64,000 nt of DNA, taken from Deltaproteobacteria bacterium. Its GTDB lineage: Bacteria > Desulfobacterota > Desulfuromonadia > Desulfuromonadales > JAAYDE01. The position numbers were made by a program, and so were the translations under genes. Location: contig JAAYDE010000073.1 in the NCBI GenBank assembly GCA_012729375.1, positions 18,763-82,762 of the forward strand, read 5' to 3'. Position 1 is the stretch's first letter. Each line of letters begins with the position of its first letter. Of this stretch, positions 43,732 to 52,942 are shown one piece after another. The notes under the pieces were generated by a model, which was not told the origin of the DNA, did not search any database, and saw only the letters and a program-made list of their open reading frames with translations.

Positions 43732-44462
43732 TGGCCATGAGAGGACTGGTGACAGCCCTTCGCACCCTTTCCATCCTTCCCGCGCCGGGCCGGGATGCGG
43801 ACCGCATGGCCGCCGCCCTGCCCTGGTTTCCCGCCGTCGGCGCCCTGTTGGGCTGGCTGCTGCTGAGCGCCGCTTGGGGACTGGAACGGATCGGCCTCTG
43901 GGAGCAGGGCACCGCCTTCTTCGTCCTCGCCGCCGGAGTGGCACTGACGGGGGCGATCCATATCGACGGCGTCGCCGATTGCGCCGACGGCCTGGGAGGC
44001 GGCCGTGACCGGGAAAAACGCCTGGCCATCATGAAGGATTCCCATGTCGGTGTCTTCGGCGTCACCGCCGTCATCCTGCTGCTGCTCGGCAAATGGGTCT
44101 GCCTGACCCGCCTGTTCCAGACAGGAGGTCACCTGTGGCTGCCGACGGCCTGGATCGTCTCCCGCACCGCCCCCGTCGCCCTCGCCTTTTACCTTCCCTA
44201 CGCCCGGGACAAGGGAACCGGCGCCGATTTCGTGCGCGGCAGCCGCTGGCCACACCTGGCCGCCGCCCTGGCGTTGGCCTCCCTGCTGATTGCCCTCGGC
44301 GGCGGGGCGGCTCATCTTGGCGCCTGGATCCCGGCGCTGCCGATGGTTTTTTTGTGGGGATATTACACCCGGCGGCGCCTCGGCGGGGTCACCGGAGACG
44401 TCCTCGGCGCCGGCGTGGAAATGACCGAAACACTGATTCTGGCCACCGGGTGCCTGCCATGA
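43731..44462 (+). CDS. cobS: Adenosylcobinamide-GDP ribazoletransferase (cobalamin synthase)
   Basis: LRTLSILP...GAIHIDGVADCADGL...KDSHVGVFG. TGATG overlap with cobT. Confidence 0.9.
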   Translation: MAMRGLVTALRTLSILPAPGRDADRMAAALPWFPAVGALLGWLLLSAAWGLERIGLWEQGTAFFVLAAGVALTGAIHIDGVADCADGLGGGRDREKRLAIMKDSHVGVFGVTAVILLLLGKWVCLTRLFQTGGHLWLPTAWIVSRTAPVALAFYLPYARDKGTGADFVRGSRWPHLAAALALASLLIALGGGAAHLGAWIPALPMVFLWGYYTRRRLGGVTGDVLGAGVEMTETLILATGCLP

Positions 44463-45958
44463 GCAAAGCGCGCTGTCTGGCTCTGCTGGGAACCGCCTCC
44501 GATGTGGGCAAAAGCGTCGCCGTGACCGCCCTGTGCCGGATTTTCGCGAACCAGGGGGTGCGCGTAGCGCCCTTCAAGGCGCAGAACATGTCCAACAATT
44601 CCTACGTGACCCTGGACGGTCTGGAGATGGGCCGGGCGCAGATCGCCCAGGCCGAGGCGGCCCGCATCGAGCCCACCGTCGACATGAATCCGGTGCTGCT
44701 CAAGCCAAGCGGCGACACCACCTCCCAGGTCATTCTCCGCGGCCGACCGATCGGCAGCTGCCAAGCAGGCGACTACTACCGACACAGCGCGCACCTGTTC
44801 GGCGAGGCCCGGCACAGCCTCGACCGGCTGCGCGAGGCTTACGATCTGGTCATCCTCGAAGGGGCCGGCTCCTGCGCCGAGGTCAATCTCGCCCACCGCG
44901 ACATCGTCAACTTCCCCATGGCCCATGCCGCCCGGGCGCCGGTCGTTCTCACTGCGGACATCAGCCGCGGCGGCGTTTTCGCCCAGCTTCTCGGCACTCT
45001 GCAGGTGGTCTCCAAAAAAGACCGGCGACGGGTCGCCGGTTTCCTCGTCAACCGCTTCCGCGGCGATCCCGGCCTTTTTGAAGACGGCATCCGTTATCTG
45101 GAAAAACAGGGGCGGCGCCCCGTTTTCGGCGTCATCCCCCATTACGACCACATCGATATCGACCCCGAAGACAGCCAGGCCCTCGACCTCATCACCGATC
45201 CCACGGGGCTTCCCCGTCCGGGGAAAACGGCCATCGCCGTCCTCCGCCTGCCGCGCATCTCCAACTTCACGGACTTCTCCCCCCTGCAGCGCGATGGCGG
45301 AATCGACCTGCACTACCTGACCCGCCCGCGGCCCCTGGAACCTTACCATCTGGTCCTTCTGCCGGGGTCCAAAAACGTCCGCGCCGACCGCCGGTGGCTG
45401 GCCGAAAACGGCTGGGACCAGAGACTGGCGGCTTATGTGGCCAACGGCGGCCATCTCGGCGGCATCTGCGGCGGCTATCAGATCCTCGGCCGCCTCATCC
45501 GCGACCCGTCGGGGGTGGAAGGAACACCCGGCGCCACGAAAGGTTTGGGACTGCTCGACGTCGAAACCACCCTCAGCGCCGATAAAACGCTGGTGCGGAC
45601 GAGGGGCCTCTGGGCGGAACTGGGCCAGCCGGTGGCCGGATACGAAATCCACATGGGGCAGACCAGCGGCGCCACGGCCAACCCGGTCATCCGCACAAAC
45701 GAAGGCGCAAGCGACGGCTGCCGCAACGGCACCGGGCGCGTCTGGGGGGTCTATCTCCACGGCCTCTTCGACAGCCCCTCCTTTCGCCACGCCTTCCTGG
45801 CCGCCCTCGATTCCGCTTATCGTCCCGGAGCGGATGAGCCCGGCGCCGCCTTCAAGAACCGCCAGTACGACCTTCTCGCCGAGCATTTCCTCCGCCATCT
45901 CGACCTGGAGCGTTTGCTCGACGCCACCGGTTTACAGGAGTTCCGCCATGGCCGCTGA
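44459..45958 (+). CDS. cbiP: Cobyric acid synthase
   Basis: LLGTASDVGKSV, FKAQNMSNNS, LEGAGS, and a GATase C-terminal half (ICGGYQILG). ATGA overlap. Confidence 0.9.
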   Translation: MSKARCLALLGTASDVGKSVAVTALCRIFANQGVRVAPFKAQNMSNNSYVTLDGLEMGRAQIAQAEAARIEPTVDMNPVLLKPSGDTTSQVILRGRPIGSCQAGDYYRHSAHLFGEARHSLDRLREAYDLVILEGAGSCAEVNLAHRDIVNFPMAHAARAPVVLTADISRGGVFAQLLGTLQVVSKKDRRRVAGFLVNRFRGDPGLFEDGIRYLEKQGRRPVFGVIPHYDHIDIDPEDSQALDLITDPTGLPRPGKTAIAVLRLPRISNFTDFSPLQRDGGIDLHYLTRPRPLEPYHLVLLPGSKNVRADRRWLAENGWDQRLAAYVANGGHLGGICGGYQILGRLIRDPSGVEGTPGATKGLGLLDVETTLSADKTLVRTRGLWAELGQPVAGYEIHMGQTSGATANPVIRTNEGASDGCRNGTGRVWGVYLHGLFDSPSFRHAFLAALDSAYRPGADEPGAAFKNRQYDLLAEHFLRHLDLERLLDATGLQEFRHGR

Positions 45959-47039
45959 CCATACCGCCCACCGCCACGGCGGCGACCCTGCCGCGGATTT
46001 TCAGCGTCTCGGCCTGGCACCGCGGCCGGTCCTCGACTTCAGCGTCAACATCAACCCTCTGGGTCCGCCGCCGGAAATCACCGCGGCCTGGAACGGGTGG
46101 TGTGACGACATCCACCGTTATCCCACGCCCGACGGCCGGGGGGTGACCCGCTATTACGAAGAGCGCTTCGGTCTGGCGCCGGCAAGCGTGGCGGCGGGCA
46201 ACGGTTCGACGGAACTGATCTACCTCGTGCCCCGCGCCCTCGGCCTGAAAACGGCGGCGGTCGCCACCCCCGCCTTTCACGACTACCGCCGGTCGATCCT
46301 TGTCAACGGCGGCAAGGTGGTGGAATTTCCGGCCATGGCGGGCACGGAAGAGGAATGGGAAAGAAAGGTCGTGGAATTACTGCCCCGTGCGCAGGCCCTG
46401 TGGGTCGGCAACCCCAACAATCCCACCGGCCGGCTGATCGAAGCCGAGCGGCTTCTGAACCTGGCGGAACGCTTCCCGGAGAAATGGTTTCTGGTGGATG
46501 AAGCCTTCATCCAGTTCGTGGCGCAACCCGAAAACAATTCCCTCCTACATCCCTCGCGGTTGCGAAAAAACATCGTCGTCTTCCACTCCCTGACCAAGTT
46601 CTACGCCCTGGCCGGATTGCGCATCGGCGCCGCCATCGGCCATCCCCACACGATGGCCGCAATCCGCCGACACAAGGAACCGTGGAGCGTCAACCTCCCG
46701 GCGGAACGGGCCGCCGAAGGGCTTGCCGCCGCCACCGATTATGAGCTCAGCAGCAGACAACTGATGGCCGAAGAGAGAAAAGTGATGACCGTCTTCGTCC
46801 GCGAGTCGCCCATCATGGCGGCACTGGCACCTACGGCCAACTTCATCCTCGCCCGCTGGACAGCCACCCCGGACCTGGACGACCTGCTGCGCGGCATGCT
46901 GCGGCGGGGAATCCACCTGCGCGACGCCCGCAATTTTTCCGGCCTGGCGGACAACTGGTTCCGCTTCGCCATTCTGGGAGTGGGGGAAAACGAGCGACTG
47001 CGCCGGGCCTTCGGCGAACTGGCCGGGGAGGTACGCTGA
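45948..47039 (+). CDS. cobD: L-threonine-O-3-phosphate decarboxylase (aminotransferase class I/II fold)
   Basis: HGGD start, NPNNPTG, and HSLTKFYALAGLRIG (PLP lysine). Confidence 0.85.
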   Translation: MAADHTAHRHGGDPAADFQRLGLAPRPVLDFSVNINPLGPPPEITAAWNGWCDDIHRYPTPDGRGVTRYYEERFGLAPASVAAGNGSTELIYLVPRALGLKTAAVATPAFHDYRRSILVNGGKVVEFPAMAGTEEEWERKVVELLPRAQALWVGNPNNPTGRLIEAERLLNLAERFPEKWFLVDEAFIQFVAQPENNSLLHPSRLRKNIVVFHSLTKFYALAGLRIGAAIGHPHTMAAIRRHKEPWSVNLPAERAAEGLAAATDYELSSRQLMAEERKVMTVFVRESPIMAALAPTANFILARWTATPDLDDLLRGMLRRGIHLRDARNFSGLADNWFRFAILGVGENERLRRAFGELAGEVR

Positions 47040-48041
47040 ATGGCGGCGGCGCTGCTCCTTCTGGCGGCCGTTCTCATCGATGCCGCCATCGGCGACCCGG
47101 TCTATCCCTGGCACCCGGTCCGCCTCATGGGAAAAACCGCCGCCGCCGTGGAAAACCTGCTGCGGAAAACCGGTTGGGTGGGGTACTGTGGGGGAGGGCT
47201 GTTGCTGCTTTTGATGGTGACCCTGTTCGGCGGCGGCAGCTTTCTGCTCATGACCTCCCTGCAGACCGTGAACCGCTGGCTAGCGGCCCTCGGCGGCCTT
47301 TTTCTCCTCTACTCCAGCATCGCCCTGACCGACATGTTCCGGCACGCCGCGCCGGTGGCGACGGCGCTGAGGCGACAAGAGGCGGATGCGGCCCGGCAGG
47401 AGGTCCAGAAGATCGTCGGCCGGGATGCCCATCTTCTCGATGAGCAGGGAATAGCGCGGGCGGCCGTGGAAAGTGTCGCCGAGAGTTTCGTCGACGGCTT
47501 TCTGTCGCCCCTGTTCTGGTTTTCGGTCGGCGCCGCCGGGGCCGCCTTTGCGGGAACCGATCCCGTCATCTGGGGCGTTGCCGCGGCCATTACCTACCGC
47601 GTCACCAACACCCTCGACTCCATGGTCGGCTACCGCAACGAACGCTATCGGCGCTTCGGCACCGCCGCGGCCCGCAGCGACGATTTTCTGAACTTTATTC
47701 CGGCGCGCCTGGCCATCCCCATCCTCACCCTGGCCGCGCTGGTGTCCGGCCATGACGCCAAAGCCTGCTGGAAGGTCGCCCTCCGCGACCGGCTCAAGCA
47801 TGCCTCGCCCAATTCCGGCCATGCCGAAAGCAGCGTCGCCGGAGCCCTCGGCATCCGTCTCGGCGGCCCCACAGTCTATCCCCACGGCACCGTGGACAAG
47901 CCGTGGCTGGGGGATCAGTTCCCTGCCGCCGTGGACGCCCGCAGCATCGAGGACTGTTGCCGGTTGGTCCGCAGCGCCGGGTGGATCGGGCTGTTTTTTT
48001 CCCTCGTTCTCCTTGCGACTCTTGCCGCCGCCACCGGCTGA
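47040..48041 (+). CDS. cbiB: Adenosylcobinamide-phosphate synthase
   Basis: AAIGDPVYPWHPVRLMG, IVGRD, DSMVGYRN and PNSGHAE. Confidence 0.9.
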   Translation: MAAALLLLAAVLIDAAIGDPVYPWHPVRLMGKTAAAVENLLRKTGWVGYCGGGLLLLLMVTLFGGGSFLLMTSLQTVNRWLAALGGLFLLYSSIALTDMFRHAAPVATALRRQEADAARQEVQKIVGRDAHLLDEQGIARAAVESVAESFVDGFLSPLFWFSVGAAGAAFAGTDPVIWGVAAAITYRVTNTLDSMVGYRNERYRRFGTAAARSDDFLNFIPARLAIPILTLAALVSGHDAKACWKVALRDRLKHASPNSGHAESSVAGALGIRLGGPTVYPHGTVDKPWLGDQFPAAVDARSIEDCCRLVRSAGWIGLFFSLVLLATLAAATG

Positions 48042-48170
48042 GCCCAGAATCTTTCCCGAAAATGGCGGCCGATGACCAAAAAAACCGGCAATTAATGTTT
48101 TTAGTATTGGATTTTCACCTGTCACAAGCCACAGGATGGCCATTTTTTTTGAACCTGTCGAGGAGGCCTT

Positions 48171-48692
48171 ATGGAGCAAGGGTTCGTTCAGGTTTACACC
48201 GGTTGCGGCAAGGGAAAAACCACGGCGGCCACCGGCCTCATCGTCCGTGCCCTGGGACAGGGTTTCAGGGTTCTTCTGGTCCGTTTCCTGAAAACCAGCG
48301 ATGAGCCAAGCGGCGAGCTGATCTTCCTCAGGAATGCTCAAAATCTCGAGATCATCTCCTCGGGAATCGGCATCCTCAGAAAACCGGTCAATATGGAAGA
48401 GGTGCGAAGCAGCGTCGCGAAAACCTTCGCCCTGGCCCGGCAGAAGATTCTCGCCGGGGCCCTGGACCTTGTGGTGCTGGACGAGATCAACAACGTCCTC
48501 AGCAAAAAGCTGTTGCTGCTGCAGGAGGTTGTGGAGTTGATCGGGCAGCGCCCCACGGGAACGGAACTGGTTCTGACGGGACGCCACGCCCCCGCCGAGA
48601 TCATCGCCAAAGCCGACCTGGTGACCCGCATGGAGAAGGTGAAACACCCCTTCGACCGCGGCATCGGCGCCCGCCGGGGCATCGAATATTGA
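48171..48692 (+). CDS. cobO: Cob(I)yrinic acid a,c-diamide adenosyltransferase
   Basis: VYTGCGKGKTTAATG, LVVLDEIN, TGRHAP and HPFDRGIGARRGIEY. Confidence 0.9.
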   Translation: MEQGFVQVYTGCGKGKTTAATGLIVRALGQGFRVLLVRFLKTSDEPSGELIFLRNAQNLEIISSGIGILRKPVNMEEVRSSVAKTFALARQKILAGALDLVVLDEINNVLSKKLLLLQEVVELIGQRPTGTELVLTGRHAPAEIIAKADLVTRMEKVKHPFDRGIGARRGIEY

Positions 48693-48755
48693 TGGCAGGG
48701 GCACGGCGTGCCGTGCCCCGACCCAAATACCCATCGCCCCGGCCATTTTTTCGTA

Positions 48756-48784
48756 TTGACAACCCCCCTGTCATCCTCTTAAAT
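48756..48784 (+). promoter_or_regulatory. Sigma70-type promoter of the second riboswitch-controlled operon
   Basis: TTGACA (48756..48761), 17 nt spacer, TTAAAT (48779..48784). Confidence 0.55.
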
Positions 48785-48789
48785 GGCTG

Positions 48790-48985
48790 GGTCAACGGTG
48801 CTTGCAAAGCTCAATAGGGAATCCCGTGGAAATCGGGAGCGGTCCCGCCGCTGTGAGCCCCCCCTTGGAGGAAAACGCAAGGGAGCATGGTGCCGGCCAA
48901 GTACGCCACTGAAGAGACTTCAGCCTCTTCGGGAAGGTTGCCGGCAGCAGGGGCAAGCCAGAAGACCTGCCTTGACGATAGCCGT
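48790..48985 (+). promoter_or_regulatory. Cobalamin riboswitch (aptamer) no. 2
   Basis: AATAGGGAATCCCGTGGAAATCGGGAGCGGTCCCGCC, B12 box CGCCACTG, GGGAAGGT and AGCCAGAAGACCTGCC. Confidence 0.88.
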
Positions 48986-49040
48986 CCTTCTGCGGGAAAC
49001 AGCAAGGGGCAAAACAGCGAGGGCCAAGAAAACTGGGTGC

Positions 49041-49082
49041 AGCCCTTCAAACCGGAACCGGCTTGAAGGGCTTTTGTTTTTG
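49041..49082 (+). terminator. Riboswitch expression-platform terminator
   Basis: AGCCCTTCAA / TTGAAGGGCT stem followed by TTTTGTTTTT, 35 nt before the cbiK-like start. Confidence 0.8.
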
Positions 49083-49116
49083 CCCTGAAGCCGCAACATC
49101 GTGAAAGGGGCAAAGA

Positions 49117-49998
49117 ATGAAAAGGATCGTCACCGGAGGTTTGATCATGCTGCTGGGAATTTTTCTGACCGCTGCGGCCGTGGCCGGAGATCACAGCCAC
49201 CATCAACGCCAGAAAAAGCAAGGGATTCTTCTGGTCGCCTTCGGCACCAGCGTCCCCGATGCCGCCAGCGCCTATCAGAATATCGAACGGAAGGTGACGG
49301 CCGCCTACCCGGGCATCCCCGTCCGCTGGGCCTACACCTCGCCAACCATCCGCGCCAAGCTGGCCAAAAAGGGGCGGTTCATCGACGCGCCGCAAACCGC
49401 CCTGGCCAAGATGATGGACGAAGGCTTCACCCACGTTGCGGTGCAGTCCCTTCACATCATTCCCGGTGAGGAATTTCATCGCCTGGTCCAAAACGTCCGC
49501 GCCTTTACCGGCATGGCCGGCGGCTTTGAAAGCGTCCGCATCGGCCACCCTCTTTTAGGAACGCAGAAAGACCTGGAGCGGGTCGCCGCCGCCATGATCA
49601 AAAATATTCCCCGGGAACGCAAGCCAGCCGATGCGGTGGTGCTGATGGGACACGGAACGGCGCACCCGAGCAACGCTTTCTACGCTGCCATGATGTTCCA
49701 TTTCCAGCAGCAGGATCCCCATATCTTCGTTGGCTGCGTGGAAGGAGCACCGGAAATCGACGCCATCAAAGAGATGTTGCTGGCCAAAAAAATCGGCAAA
49801 GCCTATCTGATGCCGTTTATGGCGGTGGCGGGAGACCATGCTCTGAACGACATGGCCGGCGACGAGGCGGACTCCTGGAAGTCGATTCTGACGGCGGCGG
49901 ACGTCCAGTGTACGCCGGTTCTGAAAGGAATGGCGGAATACGACGATATCCTGAGCATCTGGGTGGATCATCTTGGCGCAGCGCTTGCCGGCTTCTGA
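49117..49998 (+). CDS. cbiK: CbiK-type sirohydrochlorin cobaltochelatase homolog with export signal (periplasmic CbiK-like)
   Basis: Signal peptide MKRIVTGGLIMLLGIFLTAAAVAG, then DHSHHQ. Chelatase core ILLVAFGTS...VAVQSLHIIPGEEF...LMGHGTAHP...MPFMAVAGDHA. Confidence 0.8.
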   Translation: MKRIVTGGLIMLLGIFLTAAAVAGDHSHHQRQKKQGILLVAFGTSVPDAASAYQNIERKVTAAYPGIPVRWAYTSPTIRAKLAKKGRFIDAPQTALAKMMDEGFTHVAVQSLHIIPGEEFHRLVQNVRAFTGMAGGFESVRIGHPLLGTQKDLERVAAAMIKNIPRERKPADAVVLMGHGTAHPSNAFYAAMMFHFQQQDPHIFVGCVEGAPEIDAIKEMLLAKKIGKAYLMPFMAVAGDHALNDMAGDEADSWKSILTAADVQCTPVLKGMAEYDDILSIWVDHLGAALAGF

Positions 49999-50041
49999 GC
50001 AAATCCTCCAGGGAAACAAAACAGACCGGGCAACCGACCCC

Positions 50042-51103
50042 ATGACGGCAAGAAAAACAAACAGAGCGGACGGTTCTCTCCCCAAACGCCTGCCCATGGG
50101 GATCCTGGCGGGATTTTTGTTGGCGGCGCTGGTCCTCATTATCATGACTTCCGCCAGCATGGGGTTTGTCCCTGTGTCTTTTACCGAGGCGGCACGAATC
50201 CTTTTCGTCCGTCTCGGCGGTCTTGAAAACGCGCTGGCGGGAATCGATCCGCTCCTGCCGGTCATCCTCCTGGAGGTGCGCCTGCCGCGCATCCTGGCCG
50301 CTGCCCTGGTGGGCGGGGGCCTGGCGGTTTCCGGCGCGGTTTTCCAGGGGATTCTGCTCAACCCCCTGGCCGACCCCTATACCCTCGGGGTCTCGGCGGG
50401 GGCGGCTTTCGGCGCCTCTCTGGCCTTTCTGCTCAACATCAGCTTTCTGGGCAACTGGTCCGTGTCCCTGTTCGCTTTCCTGGGGGCGGTGGCGACCCTG
50501 GCCGTGGTCATCCACCTTTCCTCCTCGGCGGGCGGCCTTTCCTCCAACAACCTGATCCTTTCGGGGATCATCGTCGCCGCCATCCTCGCCGCCGGCATCA
50601 GTTTCCTGAAATACCTGGCCGACGAACAGGTGGCGATCATCGTCTTCTGGCTGATGGGCAGCTTCGCCTCGCAGACCTGGTCCAATGTGTTCCTGGTACT
50701 GGTGGCTGTCGCCCTGGGCAGCACGGTTTTCGCCTTTTTTGCCCGCGACCTCAACCTGATGTCTCTGGGCGACCGCACCGCCGCCTCCCTGGGGGTGGAA
50801 ACCCGCCGGACGATGCTGGTGCTGCTGGTCGCCGCCTCCCTGATAGCGGCCGTCTGTGTGGCCATCTCCGGCATTATCGGCTTCGTCGGCCTGCTGGTGC
50901 CCCACATGATGCGCGTCCTGACCGGTCCCGACCACCGCCGGCTGCTTCCCGTCTGCCTGCTGGCGGGGGCGGTTCTGCTGGTGGCGGCTGACACCCTCAC
51001 CCGCGCCGTCCTGCCAAGGGAAATCCCCATCGGCGTCCTCACCGCCCTGATCGGCGGACCCTTTTTCTGTTATATTTTCCGCCGCCGGCAGATGCGTTCT
51101 TAA
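50042..51103 (+). CDS. FecCD/BtuC family ABC transporter permease
   Basis: LEVRLPRILAAALVGGGLAVSGAVFQGILLNPLADPYTLGVSAGAA and GIIGFVGLLVPHMMR. Confidence 0.88.
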   Translation: MTARKTNRADGSLPKRLPMGILAGFLLAALVLIIMTSASMGFVPVSFTEAARILFVRLGGLENALAGIDPLLPVILLEVRLPRILAAALVGGGLAVSGAVFQGILLNPLADPYTLGVSAGAAFGASLAFLLNISFLGNWSVSLFAFLGAVATLAVVIHLSSSAGGLSSNNLILSGIIVAAILAAGISFLKYLADEQVAIIVFWLMGSFASQTWSNVFLVLVAVALGSTVFAFFARDLNLMSLGDRTAASLGVETRRTMLVLLVAASLIAAVCVAISGIIGFVGLLVPHMMRVLTGPDHRRLLPVCLLAGAVLLVAADTLTRAVLPREIPIGVLTALIGGPFFCYIFRRRQMRS

Positions 51104-51107
51104 AGCC

Positions 51108-51908
51108 ATGGCCGCTATCCTGTCCGTGGACGACATCGCTTTCAGCTACTCCGGAAACAGGTTCATCGAAAAGCTTTGTGCCCTTTTCGAAGAGGGAAAA
51201 CTGTACGGTATCGTCGGCCCTAACGGCTGCGGAAAAACCACCCTGATCCACCTCCTGGCGGGATACCTGCGTCCCGGCGCGGGGCGCATCCTGCTGCAGG
51301 GCAAACCTCTGGCCCGCTACCCCAAAAGGGAACTGGCCAGAAAGATCGCCCTGGTGCCGCAGGATTTCGCGATCCATTTTCCCTTTTCCGTCAGGGAGCT
51401 GGTAATGATGGGCCGCTATCCCCACATGGCACGATTTTCGCCGCCATCCCACCTGGACCGGCAGCGGGTGGAGGAGGCCCTGGCTGCGACCGACACCGCG
51501 GCCTTCGCTCATCGCTATGTGACCGAACTGAGCGGCGGAGAGCGGCAACGGGTGGTGACGGCTCGCGCCCTGGCCCAGGACACCCCGGTCCTGCTCCTCG
51601 ATGAAGCGGCCTCGAACCTTGATATCCGCCACGCCCTGGCTCTTTTCAGTCAGGTCCGGGAGCGGGTCGAAAAAAAAGGCGTGACGGCGGTTGCCGTTTT
51701 TCATGATATCAACATGGCGGCCCGCACCTGTGACGACCTGATACTGATGAAAGAGGGACAAATCGAGGCTGCCGGGCCGGTCGGGGAGGTGCTGACACCG
51801 GAAAACCTGCTGCGGGTTTTCGATATCGAAGCGCGAGTCCGCTTCGAACCCTTTATCGAAGCCGACCAGGTCATTTTCGCGGAAGCGCAGAAATGGACCA
51901 TGAACTGA
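51108..51908 (+). CDS. ABC transporter ATP-binding protein (BtuD/FepC-like)
   Basis: GPNGCGKTT, LSGGERQRV and LLLDEAASNLD. Confidence 0.88.
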   Translation: MAAILSVDDIAFSYSGNRFIEKLCALFEEGKLYGIVGPNGCGKTTLIHLLAGYLRPGAGRILLQGKPLARYPKRELARKIALVPQDFAIHFPFSVRELVMMGRYPHMARFSPPSHLDRQRVEEALAATDTAAFAHRYVTELSGGERQRVVTARALAQDTPVLLLDEAASNLDIRHALALFSQVRERVEKKGVTAVAVFHDINMAARTCDDLILMKEGQIEAAGPVGEVLTPENLLRVFDIEARVRFEPFIEADQVIFAEAQKWTMN

Positions 51909-51940
51909 AAAACGGATTTCCCTTACCAGAAGAAATACCG

Positions 51941-52942
51941 ATGGTCAGATTCAACATCAAAAAATGGCTTGTCTCCTGGGTGGCGTTCCTCGCTGCCCTT
52001 TTGACGGGCCTTCCGGCTTTCGGGGCGGCATCGTCCCTGGCTTTGGAAGGAAAATGGATCACCGACCATGGAGGAAAGCGGATACGGATCGATGCTCCCT
52101 TCAAGAGAATCATCTCCCTGTACGGCGCCCATACGGAGAACCTGTTCGCCCTCGGCGGCGCCGAGGCGGTCATCGGCGTCGGCCGAAACGACCGTTATCC
52201 GCCCCAGGCCCGGCTGAAACCGGTCTTCCACTACCGGGAAGACGCCGAAAAATTCCTCGCCGCCCGGCCCGATCTGGTTCTGATCCGGCCGATGATCGCC
52301 GGCGCCTCACCGCAGCTGATTCCCAGGCTCGAGGCCGCCGGCATTACGGTGGTCTCCCTGCAACCCGGCAACGTGGACGAGATGTTCCGCTACTGGCGCA
52401 TCCTCGGCGCCCTCACCGGGCGGGAGGAGCAAGCCGAAGCCATGGTTGCCCAATTCCAGGCAAAGGTCGCCGCCTACCGCTTGCTGACGGCGTCGGTGAC
52501 GCCCAGGAAAAAGGTTTTCTTCGAGGCGGTCCACGCCAAGATGAAAACCTTTGCCCCCGACGCCATGGCCCTCTTCGCCCTGGAATGCGCCGGCGGCATC
52601 AATGTGGCGGAGGAGGCGACAAGCGTTCGGGGGAGCAACATCGCCGACTTCGGCAAAGAGCGGGTTCTCGCCCTCGGCAACGACATCGACGTCTATCTCG
52701 CCCAGGTCGGTCCGATGAACCGGCCGACCCTGGAGACGATCCGCGAAGAACCGGGATTCCAGGCCGTCAGGGCGGTGCGCACCGGCGCCATCCATCTCAT
52801 CGATGAGACCCTCGTCAGCCGACCCACTATGAGATTGGTGGAAGGAATCGCCGCCATCGGCGCCATCCTCTACCCCGACCGCTTCGGTTCCGAAGCCGTA
52901 GACGTATCGCCAACCACGGCGGGAAACGGCGATGCCCCCTAA
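51941..52942 (+). CDS. Periplasmic substrate-binding protein, BtuF/FhuD-like (PF01497 type)
   Basis: Signal peptide WLVSWVAFLAALLTGLPAFGA. RIISLYGAHTENLFALG and PDLVLI motifs. Confidence 0.8.
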   Translation: MVRFNIKKWLVSWVAFLAALLTGLPAFGAASSLALEGKWITDHGGKRIRIDAPFKRIISLYGAHTENLFALGGAEAVIGVGRNDRYPPQARLKPVFHYREDAEKFLAARPDLVLIRPMIAGASPQLIPRLEAAGITVVSLQPGNVDEMFRYWRILGALTGREEQAEAMVAQFQAKVAAYRLLTASVTPRKKVFFEAVHAKMKTFAPDAMALFALECAGGINVAEEATSVRGSNIADFGKERVLALGNDIDVYLAQVGPMNRPTLETIREEPGFQAVRAVRTGAIHLIDETLVSRPTMRLVEGIAAIGAILYPDRFGSEAVDVSPTTAGNGDAP

